Origin: Promethearchaeota archaeon
GTDB taxonomy: Archaea > Asgardarchaeota > Lokiarchaeia > Sigyniarchaeales > SOKP01
DNA: 64,000 nt
NCBI GenBank assembly: GCA_019057865.1
Contig: JAHLWP010000017.1
Span: forward strand, 16,713-80,712
Direction of reading: 5' to 3'
The position numbers and the translations under genes are program-made. Shown in pieces: positions 1-11,140 of the stretch. The number at the start of each line of letters is the position of its first letter. Position 1 is the first letter of the stretch. Below the pieces are notes generated by a model. That model saw only the letters and a program-made list of their open reading frames with translations. It did not search any database and had not been told where the DNA came from.

Positions 1-1
1 T

Positions 2-859
2 GGACTTTTAAGTGGCCATTCTGGAGGTGATATTCATCTTCCTAGAGCAAATGCAAATAAATTAGTAACTAAGATACTATCTGCTATAATTCAAAAAATT
101 GATATATATATTTGTAATTGGAATGGGGGTATCAAAGGGAATATTATTCCTAGTGAATCTAAAGTAAAATTTGCAATTAATTCAAAAGATCAAAATTTAT
201 TTGAAAATTTAATTGATAAAGAAATTTCCGCCTATTATGACTATTATAAAAGTATTATATCTAATCCGCCCAAATTGGAGCCAAATTTACAAATTGAATG
301 GAAGACAGGAGAATCAGAAGATTTTCTATCTTTAATAGATACAAAAAATGTCATTTATACATCACACATCATTCCTCATGGAGTTATCCGTAATTCTCCT
401 TTTTTTGAGAACTTTGTAGAGACTTCAAATAATTTTGCAACTGTTAAGACAGAAAATAATGAGATTGAATTTCAATTATATCCTCGTAGTATTATACGTA
501 CAGAACTAGATAATTTCTGTCGTAGAATGATTCACTTAGGAGAATTAACAGATTGGCAAATTACATTACGTTCCGTCTTACCTGAATGGAAACCACGACC
601 AGAATCAAAGTTCCTAAGGTATGTTAAAGAACAATATGAAGATCTCTTAAAAAAACCAGTTAAAGTCAATGTAATACATGGAGGATTGGAGACTGGAATG
701 ATAAGTAAAAAAATTCCAGGAATAAATATGATCTCTATTGGTCCTACAATAATTGGGGAACACACAACTAATGAAAAAGTGAAAATATCTGATGTTGGAA
801 GGGTCTATGGATTATTAATTCAGATTATAAAGAATTTTCCAAAATCAATATTAACTTAA
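2..859 (+). CDS. pepD: Aminoacyl-histidine dipeptidase PepD (M20C), 5' part outside window
   Basis: Frame is open from base 2: GLLSGHSGGDIHLPRANANK. Also carries IHGGLETG and MISIGPTIIGEHTTNE motifs. The ORF-track start at 275 is internal. Confidence 0.85.
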   Translation, partial: GLLSGHSGGDIHLPRANANKLVTKILSAIIQKIDIYICNWNGGIKGNIIPSESKVKFAINSKDQNLFENLIDKEISAYYDYYKSIISNPPKLEPNLQIEWKTGESEDFLSLIDTKNVIYTSHIIPHGVIRNSPFFENFVETSNNFATVKTENNEIEFQLYPRSIIRTELDNFCRRMIHLGELTDWQITLRSVLPEWKPRPESKFLRYVKEQYEDLLKKPVKVNVIHGGLETGMISKKIPGINMISIGPTIIGEHTTNEKVKISDVGRVYGLLIQIIKNFPKSILT

Positions 860-1753
860 AATATAACCTTTGCCTTCTCGTTCTATCAATTTATTTTTAA
901 TGAATTTATCAAAATGTTTTTGGATCATTATCATTTCAGCAATAATTTCATATTTCTTGAATTCACTATAATATTTATATATAAGATTTTTACCCTTAAA
1001 ATCTATTACTAATATTGGTTTGGTCTCAGGGAAATTTGATAAAATGCGCTCATCACGTTTATGGATTACTGATTTGTACTTAATTAATTCTTCTTTTATC
1101 TCTTTTCCGCCCTCAATTATTCCTCTATGACCAGTAGTAGCCATCTCTATATCTAAATCTATTAATTTATCGAGTGATTCTTCAAAATCAATTAAATTTG
1201 AGTCAATACCCGCATAAAATACAAAATTAGTTAAATCAATATCTGCTAAGAAGGCTATTTTAGAATTCAGTTCTAAAAATGAACAATGACCGGCTGTATG
1301 CCCAGGAGTATGAATTACTTTCAACTCATAATCACTACCAACTTTTATTATCTCATTGTCCGTTAAAGCTTTTTCTATTTTGGTATTATCTAATTTGAAG
1401 CTTTCCCAAAGCCATTCAAATTCTTCTTCTGCTGGACTATTTGAGATACCATAATATTCATAAAATTTATCAACATTCTCTATCAGAAATTTATCTTTTG
1501 AATGGATGAAAAAGTTGGCATTAGACAAAAGCCTATTACCTGAAGTATGATCTTCATGCCAATGCGAAAGTAATACATTTTTTATGGGGAATTGTCTTTT
1601 TAACTTTCTCAATAATCTACTTGAGATTCCTGTATCAATTAAATAATCTTCAATAAGTAAAGAGTGCGAGTAAGGATATTTTCCATTTCTTGCTCCTTTT
1701 ATAAAATAAATATTCTTAAATTCATCTGAAATAAGTTCTAAAAAATTATCCAT
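851..1753 (-). CDS. MBL-fold metallo-hydrolase
   Basis: LIDTG, SHWHEDHTSG (HxHxDH), HTPGHTAGH motifs. Confidence 0.9.
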   Translation of the reverse strand: MDNFLELISDEFKNIYFIKGARNGKYPYSHSLLIEDYLIDTGISSRLLRKLKRQFPIKNVLLSHWHEDHTSGNRLLSNANFFIHSKDKFLIENVDKFYEYYGISNSPAEEEFEWLWESFKLDNTKIEKALTDNEIIKVGSDYELKVIHTPGHTAGHCSFLELNSKIAFLADIDLTNFVFYAGIDSNLIDFEESLDKLIDLDIEMATTGHRGIIEGGKEIKEELIKYKSVIHKRDERILSNFPETKPILVIDFKGKNLIYKYYSEFKKYEIIAEMIMIQKHFDKFIKNKLIEREGKGYILS

Positions 1754-2003
1754 AACGATCCTTTAACTCAAGAATTTGAAAGATTTAAAGGTTTTTAATG
1801 TCTTAAATGTTTGGATTTATTTCTATTAGTTCCCTTATTTTTTTAAGTTAGTACACTAGTGGAACATTAATTTTTGAGTTTTAATTTTTATGAATTATTG
1901 GAGTTTTTATTGTTTTTTGAAAAATATAATATGGTTAAGTTTGTATTGACCATCTTAAATTACATTTAATTAAAATAGAAATAATCGAAGGGGTTTAATA
2001 AAA

Positions 2004-2168
2004 ATGCAATATTATTGTCCCAATTGTACGAGCATGAAAAAACCTAAAATAATAAGGTATTTTCCTCCCATAACAGTAAGGTGTTCGGACTGTGGTTATA
2101 TAAATTTTGAAATAAAATTTATCAAGGATGAGAAAACTAAATACACATCAATTCAATACTCTTATTAA
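2004..2168 (+). CDS. Small zinc-ribbon protein (54 aa, not in ORF track)
   Basis: MQYYCPNCTS...VRCSDCGY, two CxxC pairs; GAAGGGG upstream. Confidence 0.65.
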   Translation: MQYYCPNCTSMKKPKIIRYFPPITVRCSDCGYINFEIKFIKDEKTKYTSIQYSY

Positions 2169-2208
2169 TTCTCCTATATTTGGTGATATAATTTTTTTTT
2201 TATTTATT

Positions 2209-2385
2209 CTATTTTAAAGCATAATAACAACGTTTTGGAGAATATACTTTTCCTTCTTCTCTTAATTCTTTTATTATTTTGGATACTTCTTTAGATTCTA
2301 TACCTGTTTTTTCAGCAACTTCACCCGGTCTAAGTGGTTTATCAGTATTCTTAAAAATTTCTAACACTTTATCTTTAGCTACCAT
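2209..2385 (-). CDS. Small winged helix-turn-helix protein
   Basis: MVAKDKVLEIFK...PLRPGEVAEKTGIESKEVSKIIKELREEGKVYSPKRCYY; start taken at the second Met. Confidence 0.8.
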   Translation of the reverse strand: MVAKDKVLEIFKNTDKPLRPGEVAEKTGIESKEVSKIIKELREEGKVYSPKRCYYALK

Positions 2386-2504
2386 AATTAATCCATAAAC
2401 AATCTCTATTTTTAAAGACATCTATTGAATTCATAATTCATAAATATCTAACGAAATCATTATTAATTATTACTTTAAATCAATTTGATATTTTAAAAAA
2501 AAAG

Positions 2505-3980
2505 TTAATAGCTTTTAGCAATATAAACAGTACATCCAGCAGGCTTTCCACATATTAAACAAGTTGCAAATTCATGCTTTTCCTCATCAACCCTTATACC
2601 TCGAACTTCTCCACCAATTTCTTTTTCAACCACTTCAGCACATCGATAGGCATCCATATCAATTGAGCAAAAACCACAGCAAACTATCTTTCCATTATTA
2701 ATTGCTTCAATTGCAGCATCTTTTTCATATACACATTCAACTTGAGATTCAAAATCGATTATTGATTTTTCTTTTATCTCTTTAGTATAATTTTCAGCGA
2801 TTTTACCAATAAAATTTTGTAATTCTTCATCCTTTATCGTGAATTTTTCACCACTATGGCGTTTTACTATTACTACTTGATTTTTTTCAATATCTTTTGG
2901 TCCCACCTCAATTCTAATTGGAACTCCCTTTAATTCCCAATAATAAAATTTATTGCCAACTGACTCATCAGAATCATCAAGTTTAACAACATACTCATCT
3001 TTGAATTTGTTGTAGATCATTTTCGCCTTAGATAGAATTAAATCTTCTTTACTTTTATAAATTATTGGGATTATAACAATTTGAACTGGTGCTAAGTCAA
3101 AAGGTAAAACCAAACCTTTATCATCTCCAAGGTAAGCGATCATTGCCCCATAGTTTCTACTTTGGGCAGGACCATAACAGGTCTGATATCCAAATTTCTC
3201 ATTACCATCTTTATCTACAAATTTAACATTAAAGGGTTTTGAAAAGTTTTGGCCTAGTAAATGAGTAGATGGTAATTGTAAGACTTTTCCTGATCCCATA
3301 AGAGCATCAGCAGCAAATGTCTTTAGAGCTCCAGCGAATTTATCCCACTGTGGACGTTCAAAAAAAATAATTGGTATTGCAAGTTCATCTTGAAGCATCT
3401 GATATGTCATCTCCATATCCTGTTTAACTTGGCCCATTGCTCCTTCCATTGTTGCAAAGACATCATGAGCTTCAATCCAATGAAATTCTCTGCCCCTAAA
3501 AAAGGGTCTTGTCATTTTACCTTCATATCTCCAGACTTGACATGATAGATATCTTTTGAATGGTAAATCTTTATAACTTTGGATCCATAAAGAATACATT
3601 TTATATAACGCGGTTTCACTTGTAGGACGCAGAGCTAAACGTTCTGCTAATTTACCAGAACTTCCAGCTTCAGTTACCCAAAATACTTCTGGAGCAAAAC
3701 CTTCAACATGTTGAGCTTCTAATAGGAAATTTGACTCAGGGATTAATGAAGGCATAGTAAGAGGTAAATGATCATTTTTTTCTAACAATGCCTCATATTT
3801 TCTATACATTTTATTTATCGTAATGGTCGCCCATTCACGATAAACAACAAATCCTTTAATATTATATCTAATATCAGCTAACTCTGCTTTATTAAGTAAT
3901 TCAGTATACCAACCTGAAAAATCATCTTCTTTAGACACGGTAATTCCAGTTATAGGAACTTCTTTTTTCTTTTTTGCCAT
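2505..3980 (-). CDS. proS: Proline--tRNA ligase, archaeal/eukaryotic type
   Basis: DFSGWY, LRPTSET, FRGREFHWIEAH, QLPSTHLLGQNFS, anticodon domain GVPIRIEVGPKD, C-terminal Zn/AKSY end. Confidence 0.97.
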   Translation of the reverse strand: MAKKKKEVPITGITVSKEDDFSGWYTELLNKAELADIRYNIKGFVVYREWATITINKMYRKYEALLEKNDHLPLTMPSLIPESNFLLEAQHVEGFAPEVFWVTEAGSSGKLAERLALRPTSETALYKMYSLWIQSYKDLPFKRYLSCQVWRYEGKMTRPFFRGREFHWIEAHDVFATMEGAMGQVKQDMEMTYQMLQDELAIPIIFFERPQWDKFAGALKTFAADALMGSGKVLQLPSTHLLGQNFSKPFNVKFVDKDGNEKFGYQTCYGPAQSRNYGAMIAYLGDDKGLVLPFDLAPVQIVIIPIIYKSKEDLILSKAKMIYNKFKDEYVVKLDDSDESVGNKFYYWELKGVPIRIEVGPKDIEKNQVVIVKRHSGEKFTIKDEELQNFIGKIAENYTKEIKEKSIIDFESQVECVYEKDAAIEAINNGKIVCCGFCSIDMDAYRCAEVVEKEIGGEVRGIRVDEEKHEFATCLICGKPAGCTVYIAKSY

Positions 3981-4078
3981 AGAGATCATCACCTATAATA
4001 TTCTAAAAATTAAATATTTTATGAGAATTATACAATTTATACCGTTTTTCAGAAGAAATAAATAAAAAAGTATTACGA

Positions 4079-4822
4079 CTAAGTATCTGGTAATAACACA
4101 GCGTTAGTAATTACCTTACCTTGTTTATGTACCACCTTATATCCTTTTGAAACTAAGAATTTTTTTATTTCTTCTCCAATTTTAAACAATTTCTCCCCAT
4201 TCTGGGCATTATCCAAAACAATTTTAATTATGGATCGTGCTGACTCTAACTCTTTTTTATGTAAAGTTCCAACTGGCTTGATTTCGATTTTAGAAGCACC
4301 ACTAATAGTTGCAATCTTTTTCATTTCTACATCCAATGATCCAAAGGTGAAGAATTCTCTACTCCGTCGTTTTAACTTTTCTGCTAAAATCTTTTCTAAA
4401 TTGTTTCTTGAATCCTGATCATAAAAAGCAGTTAATTCCTTTGTACATATAGTTCTATATTTTCCAGAAATTAGATTCTCTTTATCCTCAATAAATGTTA
4501 TTAAATTATTATAATATTTCGGGTCAATTTTTTGAAAGTTTTCGATATTTCTTACTAAATCTGTCAATTTGTCAATTAAATCGTAATAAAATTTTAAGGA
4601 TGATTTAATAGCTAATTTATCATTCATTTCTTTAACTTCAGGATAGTACTTTTTTAGAATTAAATTAATATTTTTATTAAACTCAGCACATAATTTCGCT
4701 ATATCATCAACATTTTTAACTGATTTTTTATTTAAAATTCTAAGTAAGGTTCTTTCTAAGAGTGGTAATTCCTTGAAAATTTGATTGATTTTATCTCGAT
4801 ATTTTTTTTCTATATAGCTCAT
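4079..4822 (-). CDS. Hypothetical protein
   Basis: 247-aa ORF with ATG start, helical, no recognised motif. Confidence 0.75.
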   Translation of the reverse strand: MSYIEKKYRDKINQIFKELPLLERTLLRILNKKSVKNVDDIAKLCAEFNKNINLILKKYYPEVKEMNDKLAIKSSLKFYYDLIDKLTDLVRNIENFQKIDPKYYNNLITFIEDKENLISGKYRTICTKELTAFYDQDSRNNLEKILAEKLKRRSREFFTFGSLDVEMKKIATISGASKIEIKPVGTLHKKELESARSIIKIVLDNAQNGEKLFKIGEEIKKFLVSKGYKVVHKQGKVITNAVLLPDT

Positions 4823-4953
4823 TACTTATAAAAAAGATAATAGTTATCATATATAATATTAATTTTTTAAAAATAGTAGAGAAAAAGATTTAATAAAGAA
4901 ATAATTGTGCTGCTGACATAACAGCTCCACTTATAATGGGAACCGTAAAATTA

Positions 4954-5373
4954 TCATTCTTGGATTAATGGTATTTTCTTAATATCTTTTGAATCTATTA
5001 CTTTTTCGAGGATTTTTGAAAATCCATGAAAGTTAGAAATTTCTCCATTAAAATCCTTTAAATCATTCTTAAATTTTTTTATGAAATTATCAATTATCTT
5101 ATCAGCTAAAGATTCTAATAATTCTCTATCAAAGGATTTATTATCACATTTAAATATAATATGCAACCCTGATTGATGTGTATAAAAGAAAAATATAGAA
5201 TTATCTAAAGAAATGGTCCTTAGACTTTCTTTAAACTGATTTTTAGTAAAACGACAAAGTAAATCGAAATAACTCGCTAGTGATTGATGATCTTTAAAAT
5301 TTTTACTTCTTGAGAAGTTATGATAAAATAATGCTATTCCTGCTCTATTGATTATCATTAACTGTTGAATCAT
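4954..5373 (-). CDS. Longin-like domain protein
   Basis: MIQQLMIINRAGIALFYHNF start and C-terminal FNGEISNF pattern typical of Asgard longin-like proteins. Confidence 0.7.
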   Translation of the reverse strand: MIQQLMIINRAGIALFYHNFSRSKNFKDHQSLASYFDLLCRFTKNQFKESLRTISLDNSIFFFYTHQSGLHIIFKCDNKSFDRELLESLADKIIDNFIKKFKNDLKDFNGEISNFHGFSKILEKVIDSKDIKKIPLIQE

Positions 5374-5696
5374 ATCAAATAAATTAAAAGGACTTATTTA
5401 TTTTTAGCATTAATTCTAAAATATTGTATAAATACACTTACAACCCTATTAATATTAGAAATATTTTTATCGCTTAATACTACATAAAACTAATATTTAA
5501 ATTTATTTTATTAGTTAATCAATAAAAAACATCAGTGATTTTTGTCGGGTCTTAATAATCAGTTATATTTTTTATGTTTTTAAGCAATTTTATATTGAAG
5601 AAATTGAAATAAATATTTCCTGAGATTTTTGAAAAAAATAAAAAAACTCTGTTCTAATCACTCAGAACATAGATAACTTTCATTTAATTAAACAGA

Positions 5697-6626
5697 TTAC
5701 TGAAGTTTGTTCTTAATTTGCTTGGAACGACTACGAAGTGTAACTTCGGTCACTTTGGCGATTGCACTTACTTCTGCTTGTGTCTTCCTGCAATTACCTG
5801 CTTTAGCTGCCATATAGATAACACTTGCTGCCAATCCTTTAGGATCTTTTCCTGTTCGCAAGAGTCCGTTTCTAGAGGCTTGTACAAGCATATTAATTGC
5901 CTTTTTCTGAGTCTCCATTGGCAAACCAAGGTCGTTCCCAAACCGAAATACTAGTTGTTCTGCAGTTATGGGCCGATACTTTAAGTTCAAATCGGGCAAA
6001 ATTTCTTTTACAACCATCCCTAAAGAGCGGTGTACAGTTCGTCTTGGGGTCATAGAAGCTTCACATACTTCCTCAAGTAATCGTGGAAATTCATGTACTC
6101 GGATTGCGGCATATAAAGAAGCAGCGATAAATCCATCAATTGATCTTCCCATTGTGAGCTTTTTCTTTGCCACAACAGAATAGATTTTCCATGCAGTTTC
6201 CTTAATATACTCTGGTATATTCATCTTCGATGTGAGCATTTTAAGTTTGGGCTTAGCTTCCCAGAAATTTCGCTCAATACTTGAAATTAATGAATTCTGA
6301 ATTTTCGATAGTCGAGAAAATAACGTTTTTCCCTTTGCTCCGATTAAACGACCTTTTGAATCAATTTTAGAGTTAGGCAACATAGTACGAGGTCCAAACT
6401 CCCTCCACCTTGGCTCTGTTCTGCGACGCTTATTCACTTCTTCGATGGTATAAGCGCGCCTCTCATTTCCCACCAAATTTCTACCACTAATCATACCACA
6501 ATTAATACAAACAGCATCTCCATCACGAGATTCGATGCTTGGGTTGCCACAGCATTGATCTGGACTGCAACTAGCCTCTTCTGAAGTAGTTTTTGCTGAT
6601 CGTAGGCGGTCTTTGTAATTACTCAA
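5697..6626 (-). CDS. tfb: Transcription initiation factor IIB (TFB)
   Basis: N-terminal Zn ribbon (CC...CINCG), two cyclin repeats (MGRSI..FIAASLY; GKDPKGLAAS; TQAEVSAIAKVTEVTLRSR). Confidence 0.93.
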   Translation of the reverse strand: MSNYKDRLRSAKTTSEEASCSPDQCCGNPSIESRDGDAVCINCGMISGRNLVGNERRAYTIEEVNKRRRTEPRWREFGPRTMLPNSKIDSKGRLIGAKGKTLFSRLSKIQNSLISSIERNFWEAKPKLKMLTSKMNIPEYIKETAWKIYSVVAKKKLTMGRSIDGFIAASLYAAIRVHEFPRLLEEVCEASMTPRRTVHRSLGMVVKEILPDLNLKYRPITAEQLVFRFGNDLGLPMETQKKAINMLVQASRNGLLRTGKDPKGLAASVIYMAAKAGNCRKTQAEVSAIAKVTEVTLRSRSKQIKNKLQ

Positions 6627-6981
6627 TTTTATTCACTTTTTAGTACTTTTTTTTTCGATTGTTTTAATTTTGATCTTTTACAATAATGTTTTTCATAATT
6701 CTTATAGTATAATGTAAAACTTGAATACTTAAATTTAACAGTTTTAAATTATAAATATTTATTTTTTTTTGAAATTAACAATTGTAATGTAATATATTCA
6801 TCACCCCTATTTAAAAACATTTTTATCCAAAAATGTTATATTTCCCAGAACAAATAAAATATGGGCAATCTGTGGGAATTTCTATATTCTTATATTTCAT
6901 AATAAGCTGAAAAATTTTGCAGTATGAAGGCGAAAGAAGTAAAATTACAAAATTAATCTGAATTAAGATATAGACTTGCAA

Positions 6982-8262
6982 TTATATCTTCAATAATGGT
7001 AAGATCTGCGGACTATTTGGTAGAATTAAAATATTTGAATTCTTTCCATGTTTTTTAAGTGATAATTGGATAGCTTCCTCAACTTTTTTTGCGTATTTTA
7101 AGCCAATATTACCCAATTCATTTTCATTTAATTTAGAAACGACATATATCTCTGCTTTCATAAGTATTCTTGCTAAGATTTGGATCTCCCATTGATCAGG
7201 GACAACAATTTCTTTATTTAGAATTTTATGGTAAATATCTTCTGGCTTCATATCCGAGAAAAGTAATTCTCGAAATTCATCTTGACCTTCACCTATTCCA
7301 TCACTACATTCATTTACAGAAATTATAGTCCCTCTTTCCTTTACAACCATTTCTCCTATAGCCATGCTCTTAACTGCTTGATATAAATTGAGATCTAACG
7401 GATAACCTCCATTTCCACAGATTACTATATCATAAGGACCCGTAATTTCTTTAAATACTTTTTTTAATTGATAATCAACAAGTTTTTCATGAACTTTTTC
7501 TAAATCTCCAGCAGCAATTTGTGTGATCCTATGTTTTTCATCTATACATATATTAATAGTAAAATCTACACCAACAAGTCTAGCTATTTCTATTGCATTT
7601 TTATGCATGGGGTTCTTTTTGTAGATCCCAAATTGAGAATAGGGAGATGAAATATTTTCAGCTGAATGATTCAATTGAATCGTTTCAGCACCAGCGATAC
7701 CAGGAACTAGAGCCTTACATCCTCCAGAAAATCCAAAGAAGAAGTGAGGCTCCACATATCCAGTTAATATTTTCACATCACTTTCATAGTAATATTTGTT
7801 AATGTAAATAGGAATATGATTTGACGTTTTTCCTAAATATTGTAATGAGTCTTTATCTGTTGCTTTATGATCTATTACTTTTAGACGATTTTTTAACTTA
7901 TTTCCTAAAATTCTTCCTAATTCTTCTTCACGAGAGGGACGATGTAACCCAGTGGCTATTAAAGCAATAATATTTTTATCCTCAATCCCATATGAGTTTA
8001 ATTCTTCTATTAATGCTTCCAATATCAAATGAGAAGGAACAGGTCGAGTCGCATCGCTTACAACTATGCAAATTTGATTCAAGTTCTGCTTTTCTCTAAC
8101 GATACTCTTAAGAGGGGAGCATGAGATTGGATTATTTATAGCTTTTTTAATTTTTTCTATAGGATTTTCAATTATATTTTGAGATTTTGGTCGTAAAATA
8201 TCAACATTCCAGGATGCATCTAAAGATATTTCTAATCCAGTTTTCCCATAATCAAATTTCAT
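6982..8262 (-). CDS. larA: Nickel-pincer lactate racemase LarA family
   Basis: VSDATRPVP, ATGLHR, EPHFFFGFSGGCK, GGYPLDLNLYQAVK motifs. Confidence 0.9.
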   Translation of the reverse strand: MKFDYGKTGLEISLDASWNVDILRPKSQNIIENPIEKIKKAINNPISCSPLKSIVREKQNLNQICIVVSDATRPVPSHLILEALIEELNSYGIEDKNIIALIATGLHRPSREEELGRILGNKLKNRLKVIDHKATDKDSLQYLGKTSNHIPIYINKYYYESDVKILTGYVEPHFFFGFSGGCKALVPGIAGAETIQLNHSAENISSPYSQFGIYKKNPMHKNAIEIARLVGVDFTINICIDEKHRITQIAAGDLEKVHEKLVDYQLKKVFKEITGPYDIVICGNGGYPLDLNLYQAVKSMAIGEMVVKERGTIISVNECSDGIGEGQDEFRELLFSDMKPEDIYHKILNKEIVVPDQWEIQILARILMKAEIYVVSKLNENELGNIGLKYAKKVEEAIQLSLKKHGKNSNILILPNSPQILPLLKI

Positions 8263-8269
8263 AACATTT

Positions 8270-10009
8270 TCACTTCCTCATATGAATTATTTCACGAGCT
8301 TTCTCAAAAATTTCGTGTGTGTCAATCCCAGCAGGGCAAGTTGTATGACAGAGTGCACATAAAGTACATGTATTAAGAATATCTGATATTACTTCAGTCA
8401 GGTCTAAATCACCATATACTAACCCATTTAAAATGCTCAATCGACCTCTTGGACTATAAGCTTCTAATAGATAATGGATTCTTGATGGACATGTAGCGAT
8501 ACAAAATCCACATCTCATACATTTTAAACTTAACAGCTTATCATTTTGGTTTTTTAACAATCGTGTTTTCCTAGATTTTCTTATTGGTTGCTTTTCCCCT
8601 TTTCCAATGCCAGGATTCAAAATTCTATTTGGATCAAAGAGTTCTTTAATTTTAATCATGATATCGATAATTTCAGGTCCATGTTCTAACTCTAGATATG
8701 GGGTCTTAATTTTTCCTATTCCATGTTCACCAGTTAAACTACCTCCAGCAGGAATTATAATTTCTTTATATAAGAATTCAATTGCTTGTTCAAAATCTAT
8801 TATATCTTGTTCATCATTTTCGTTAAATAAAAAAGTAGGATGTAAATTCCCTTCCATATGGCAAATAATAGCTACTAATAAATTTTTTGCTTTAATTTCT
8901 TCTGGTATTTTTTCAATCTTTTTTATAATATCTGCAAAATGAGTTAACTGAATAGTACAATCTTCCACACAGGTATTTGGTCTTAATCTGGATAAAGCAG
9001 GCAGATTTGCCTTTCTTGCTAGTATAAGTCTTTCTCTCTCTTCATTGTTTTTAGCAATCTTATGATAAACTGGATTTTTTTGAATAATGACATCGAATAA
9101 GATCGAAAAATTTTCTTCAACCTCGTTGACACTATCTCCATCCACCTCAGCTAATAAAACGTATCCGTTAGGGAAATCTAAAAATTCTCCACCTAAGTAA
9201 TCAGTAACCGCTTTCAAAACGAGTTTATCCATAAATTCTAATAAGTTTGGAATAATGCCTTTTTTACGTATTTTTAATACTGCATTTTGCAAATCTTGAA
9301 GATCCTCAAAAATAAACAAACCTAATTTTCTTGCTTTAGGTAGAGGTCTAATTCTGAGACTAATCTTGGTAATAACTCCTAAAGTTCCCTCAGAACCGAT
9401 GAATAAATCTTTTAAATTATAAGAAGATACGGATTTTAAAACGTTTGTACCTAAATTCAAAATATTTCCATCAGGGAGGACTACTTCTAAATATAGAACG
9501 TAATTTTTCGTGACACCATATTTAAATGCCTGTATTCCTCCAGCATTAGTTGCAACCATTCCTCCTATTGTTGCAACTGAGCTTGAACCGGGATCTGGAG
9601 GAAAAAAATATCCAAACGGTTCTAACTTTTCGTTTAAATCGTCACAGATGACTCCTGGCTCCACTTCAACAAGATTATTCTCAATATCAATTTTAATTAT
9701 TTTATTTATTCTGGATAAGTCAAGAACAATACCATTATAAGGTGTCATCGCCCCTGCAGATAAGCTGGTTCCATTACCTCTGGGAGTGACAGGAACTCTA
9801 TATTTATTTGCTAATTTTAAAATTTTAGAAATTTGTAAAGAATTTTGAGGTAATAAGATTAAATCAGGGATCCAATCTCTTTCAAATATCGTTCCTCCAA
9901 AAGAATAAGCCCATCGAATTTCAAAGTTATCAAAACATGATTCTTCTCCTACAATTTGTTCAAATTGTGCAATTACTTGCTTTGAAATTTTATTATATTT
10001 TGTAGTCAT
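8270..10009 (-). CDS. FAD-linked 2-hydroxyacid (D-lactate/glycolate) dehydrogenase, GlcD-like, fused to a 4Fe-4S dicluster
   Basis: PRGNGTSLSAG, PPDPGSS.ATIGGMVATNAGG, GSEGTLG, GEHGIG; C-terminal CxxCxxCxxxC twice. Confidence 0.9.
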   Translation of the reverse strand: MTTKYNKISKQVIAQFEQIVGEESCFDNFEIRWAYSFGGTIFERDWIPDLILLPQNSLQISKILKLANKYRVPVTPRGNGTSLSAGAMTPYNGIVLDLSRINKIIKIDIENNLVEVEPGVICDDLNEKLEPFGYFFPPDPGSSSVATIGGMVATNAGGIQAFKYGVTKNYVLYLEVVLPDGNILNLGTNVLKSVSSYNLKDLFIGSEGTLGVITKISLRIRPLPKARKLGLFIFEDLQDLQNAVLKIRKKGIIPNLLEFMDKLVLKAVTDYLGGEFLDFPNGYVLLAEVDGDSVNEVEENFSILFDVIIQKNPVYHKIAKNNEERERLILARKANLPALSRLRPNTCVEDCTIQLTHFADIIKKIEKIPEEIKAKNLLVAIICHMEGNLHPTFLFNENDEQDIIDFEQAIEFLYKEIIIPAGGSLTGEHGIGKIKTPYLELEHGPEIIDIMIKIKELFDPNRILNPGIGKGEKQPIRKSRKTRLLKNQNDKLLSLKCMRCGFCIATCPSRIHYLLEAYSPRGRLSILNGLVYGDLDLTEVISDILNTCTLCALCHTTCPAGIDTHEIFEKAREIIHMRK

Positions 10010-10082
10010 ATTGAAAAACTAAATATTAGCCTTTTTTTATTTGGTAAAAAGAATTCTGATTAATATTTTTGCTTGTTATTGA

Positions 10083-10970
10083 TCATAAAGTAGTAAATTC
10101 ATTCCCATCAAAACCCCAAGATCTAAGAATCTTTTCAGTATCAGTTATAATCTTTTCAATAAATTCCTTTACAGGAACTATTTTATCGATATGTCCAATT
10201 GCCATTGAACCTGCTACAGAATCTTTTAATTCAAAATGAAATGTTTTTTTATGGAATTTTTCATCAAATATATTTTGAGTTATTAATTTCTCTTTCCATG
10301 ACGCCGATGCAGGGCTTTCTATTGTTGCTAAAATAGCAGTACCAAAACACACAGCCTCAGCACCCATAGCTAAGGCTCCCAGAAAACCTCTAGCATCTCC
10401 TAGTCCGCCAGCAGCAATGATAGGTATTTTAAGCAATTTTTTAGCCATTGTTATGTTTATTAATGTTGTATTTTGAAGAGGATTTTTGAATCCAGTACCC
10501 TCAACACCAACTATTGTCACCGCATCAGCACCCTGTCTTTCGGCTGATATTGCATGTTTTATTGTGGCACATTTATGAAACCAATAACAACCGGCATCAT
10601 GTAGTTTCTTTCCTATTTTAGGTGCCTGATAGGCTGAAGTTGTACAAACATTAACTCCTGCTTCAATAGCTAAATCAACGAACTCTAAATATGATTCTTC
10701 TGATCTTCCCTTCCCTCCCATCTTTTCAATGAGATAGGGTGGCATTATTGAAAAATTCACACCCCATGGTTTGTTAGTTAACATCTTCATTTTGTCAATT
10801 TCAGCTTGAAATATTTTAATAGTTTTAAAGTTAATTGCTGTGAGAATACCAAAACCGCCTGCATTTGAGAAAGCTGCAGCAAATTCAGCTTTTCCTAATC
10901 CTACAAAAGCACCCATTATTATTGGGTATTTAGTATCCATCATTTCTGAAATTCTTGTTTTCCAAATCAT
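10083..10970 (-). CDS. Nitronate monooxygenase / FabK-like flavin oxidoreductase
   Basis: KYPIIMG, SNAGGFG, IPIIAAGGLGDARGFLGALAMGAEAV.FGT. Confidence 0.88.
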   Translation of the reverse strand: MIWKTRISEMMDTKYPIIMGAFVGLGKAEFAAAFSNAGGFGILTAINFKTIKIFQAEIDKMKMLTNKPWGVNFSIMPPYLIEKMGGKGRSEESYLEFVDLAIEAGVNVCTTSAYQAPKIGKKLHDAGCYWFHKCATIKHAISAERQGADAVTIVGVEGTGFKNPLQNTTLINITMAKKLLKIPIIAAGGLGDARGFLGALAMGAEAVCFGTAILATIESPASASWKEKLITQNIFDEKFHKKTFHFELKDSVAGSMAIGHIDKIVPVKEFIEKIITDTEKILRSWGFDGNEFTTL

Positions 10971-11140
10971 CTTTTTTCGTTCTCAGAAAATTTATAGTGA
11001 AATTAGATAATAGATTCTGATGTTTTTCTTATAATAATTTGTTTGTTCTCTGTAGTAATATAATTTTTCCAAAAAAAAGATATTTTAAATAGAATTAATA
11101 TAATAGTTGTGTATAAGAATATAGGCTTTAAGGGATTTTT

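Noticed and set aside
6895-6935. AATAAGCTGAAA segment resembling the selD SECIS stem
   Set aside because: Lacks the AUGA/GA core and there is no associated UGA-containing gene
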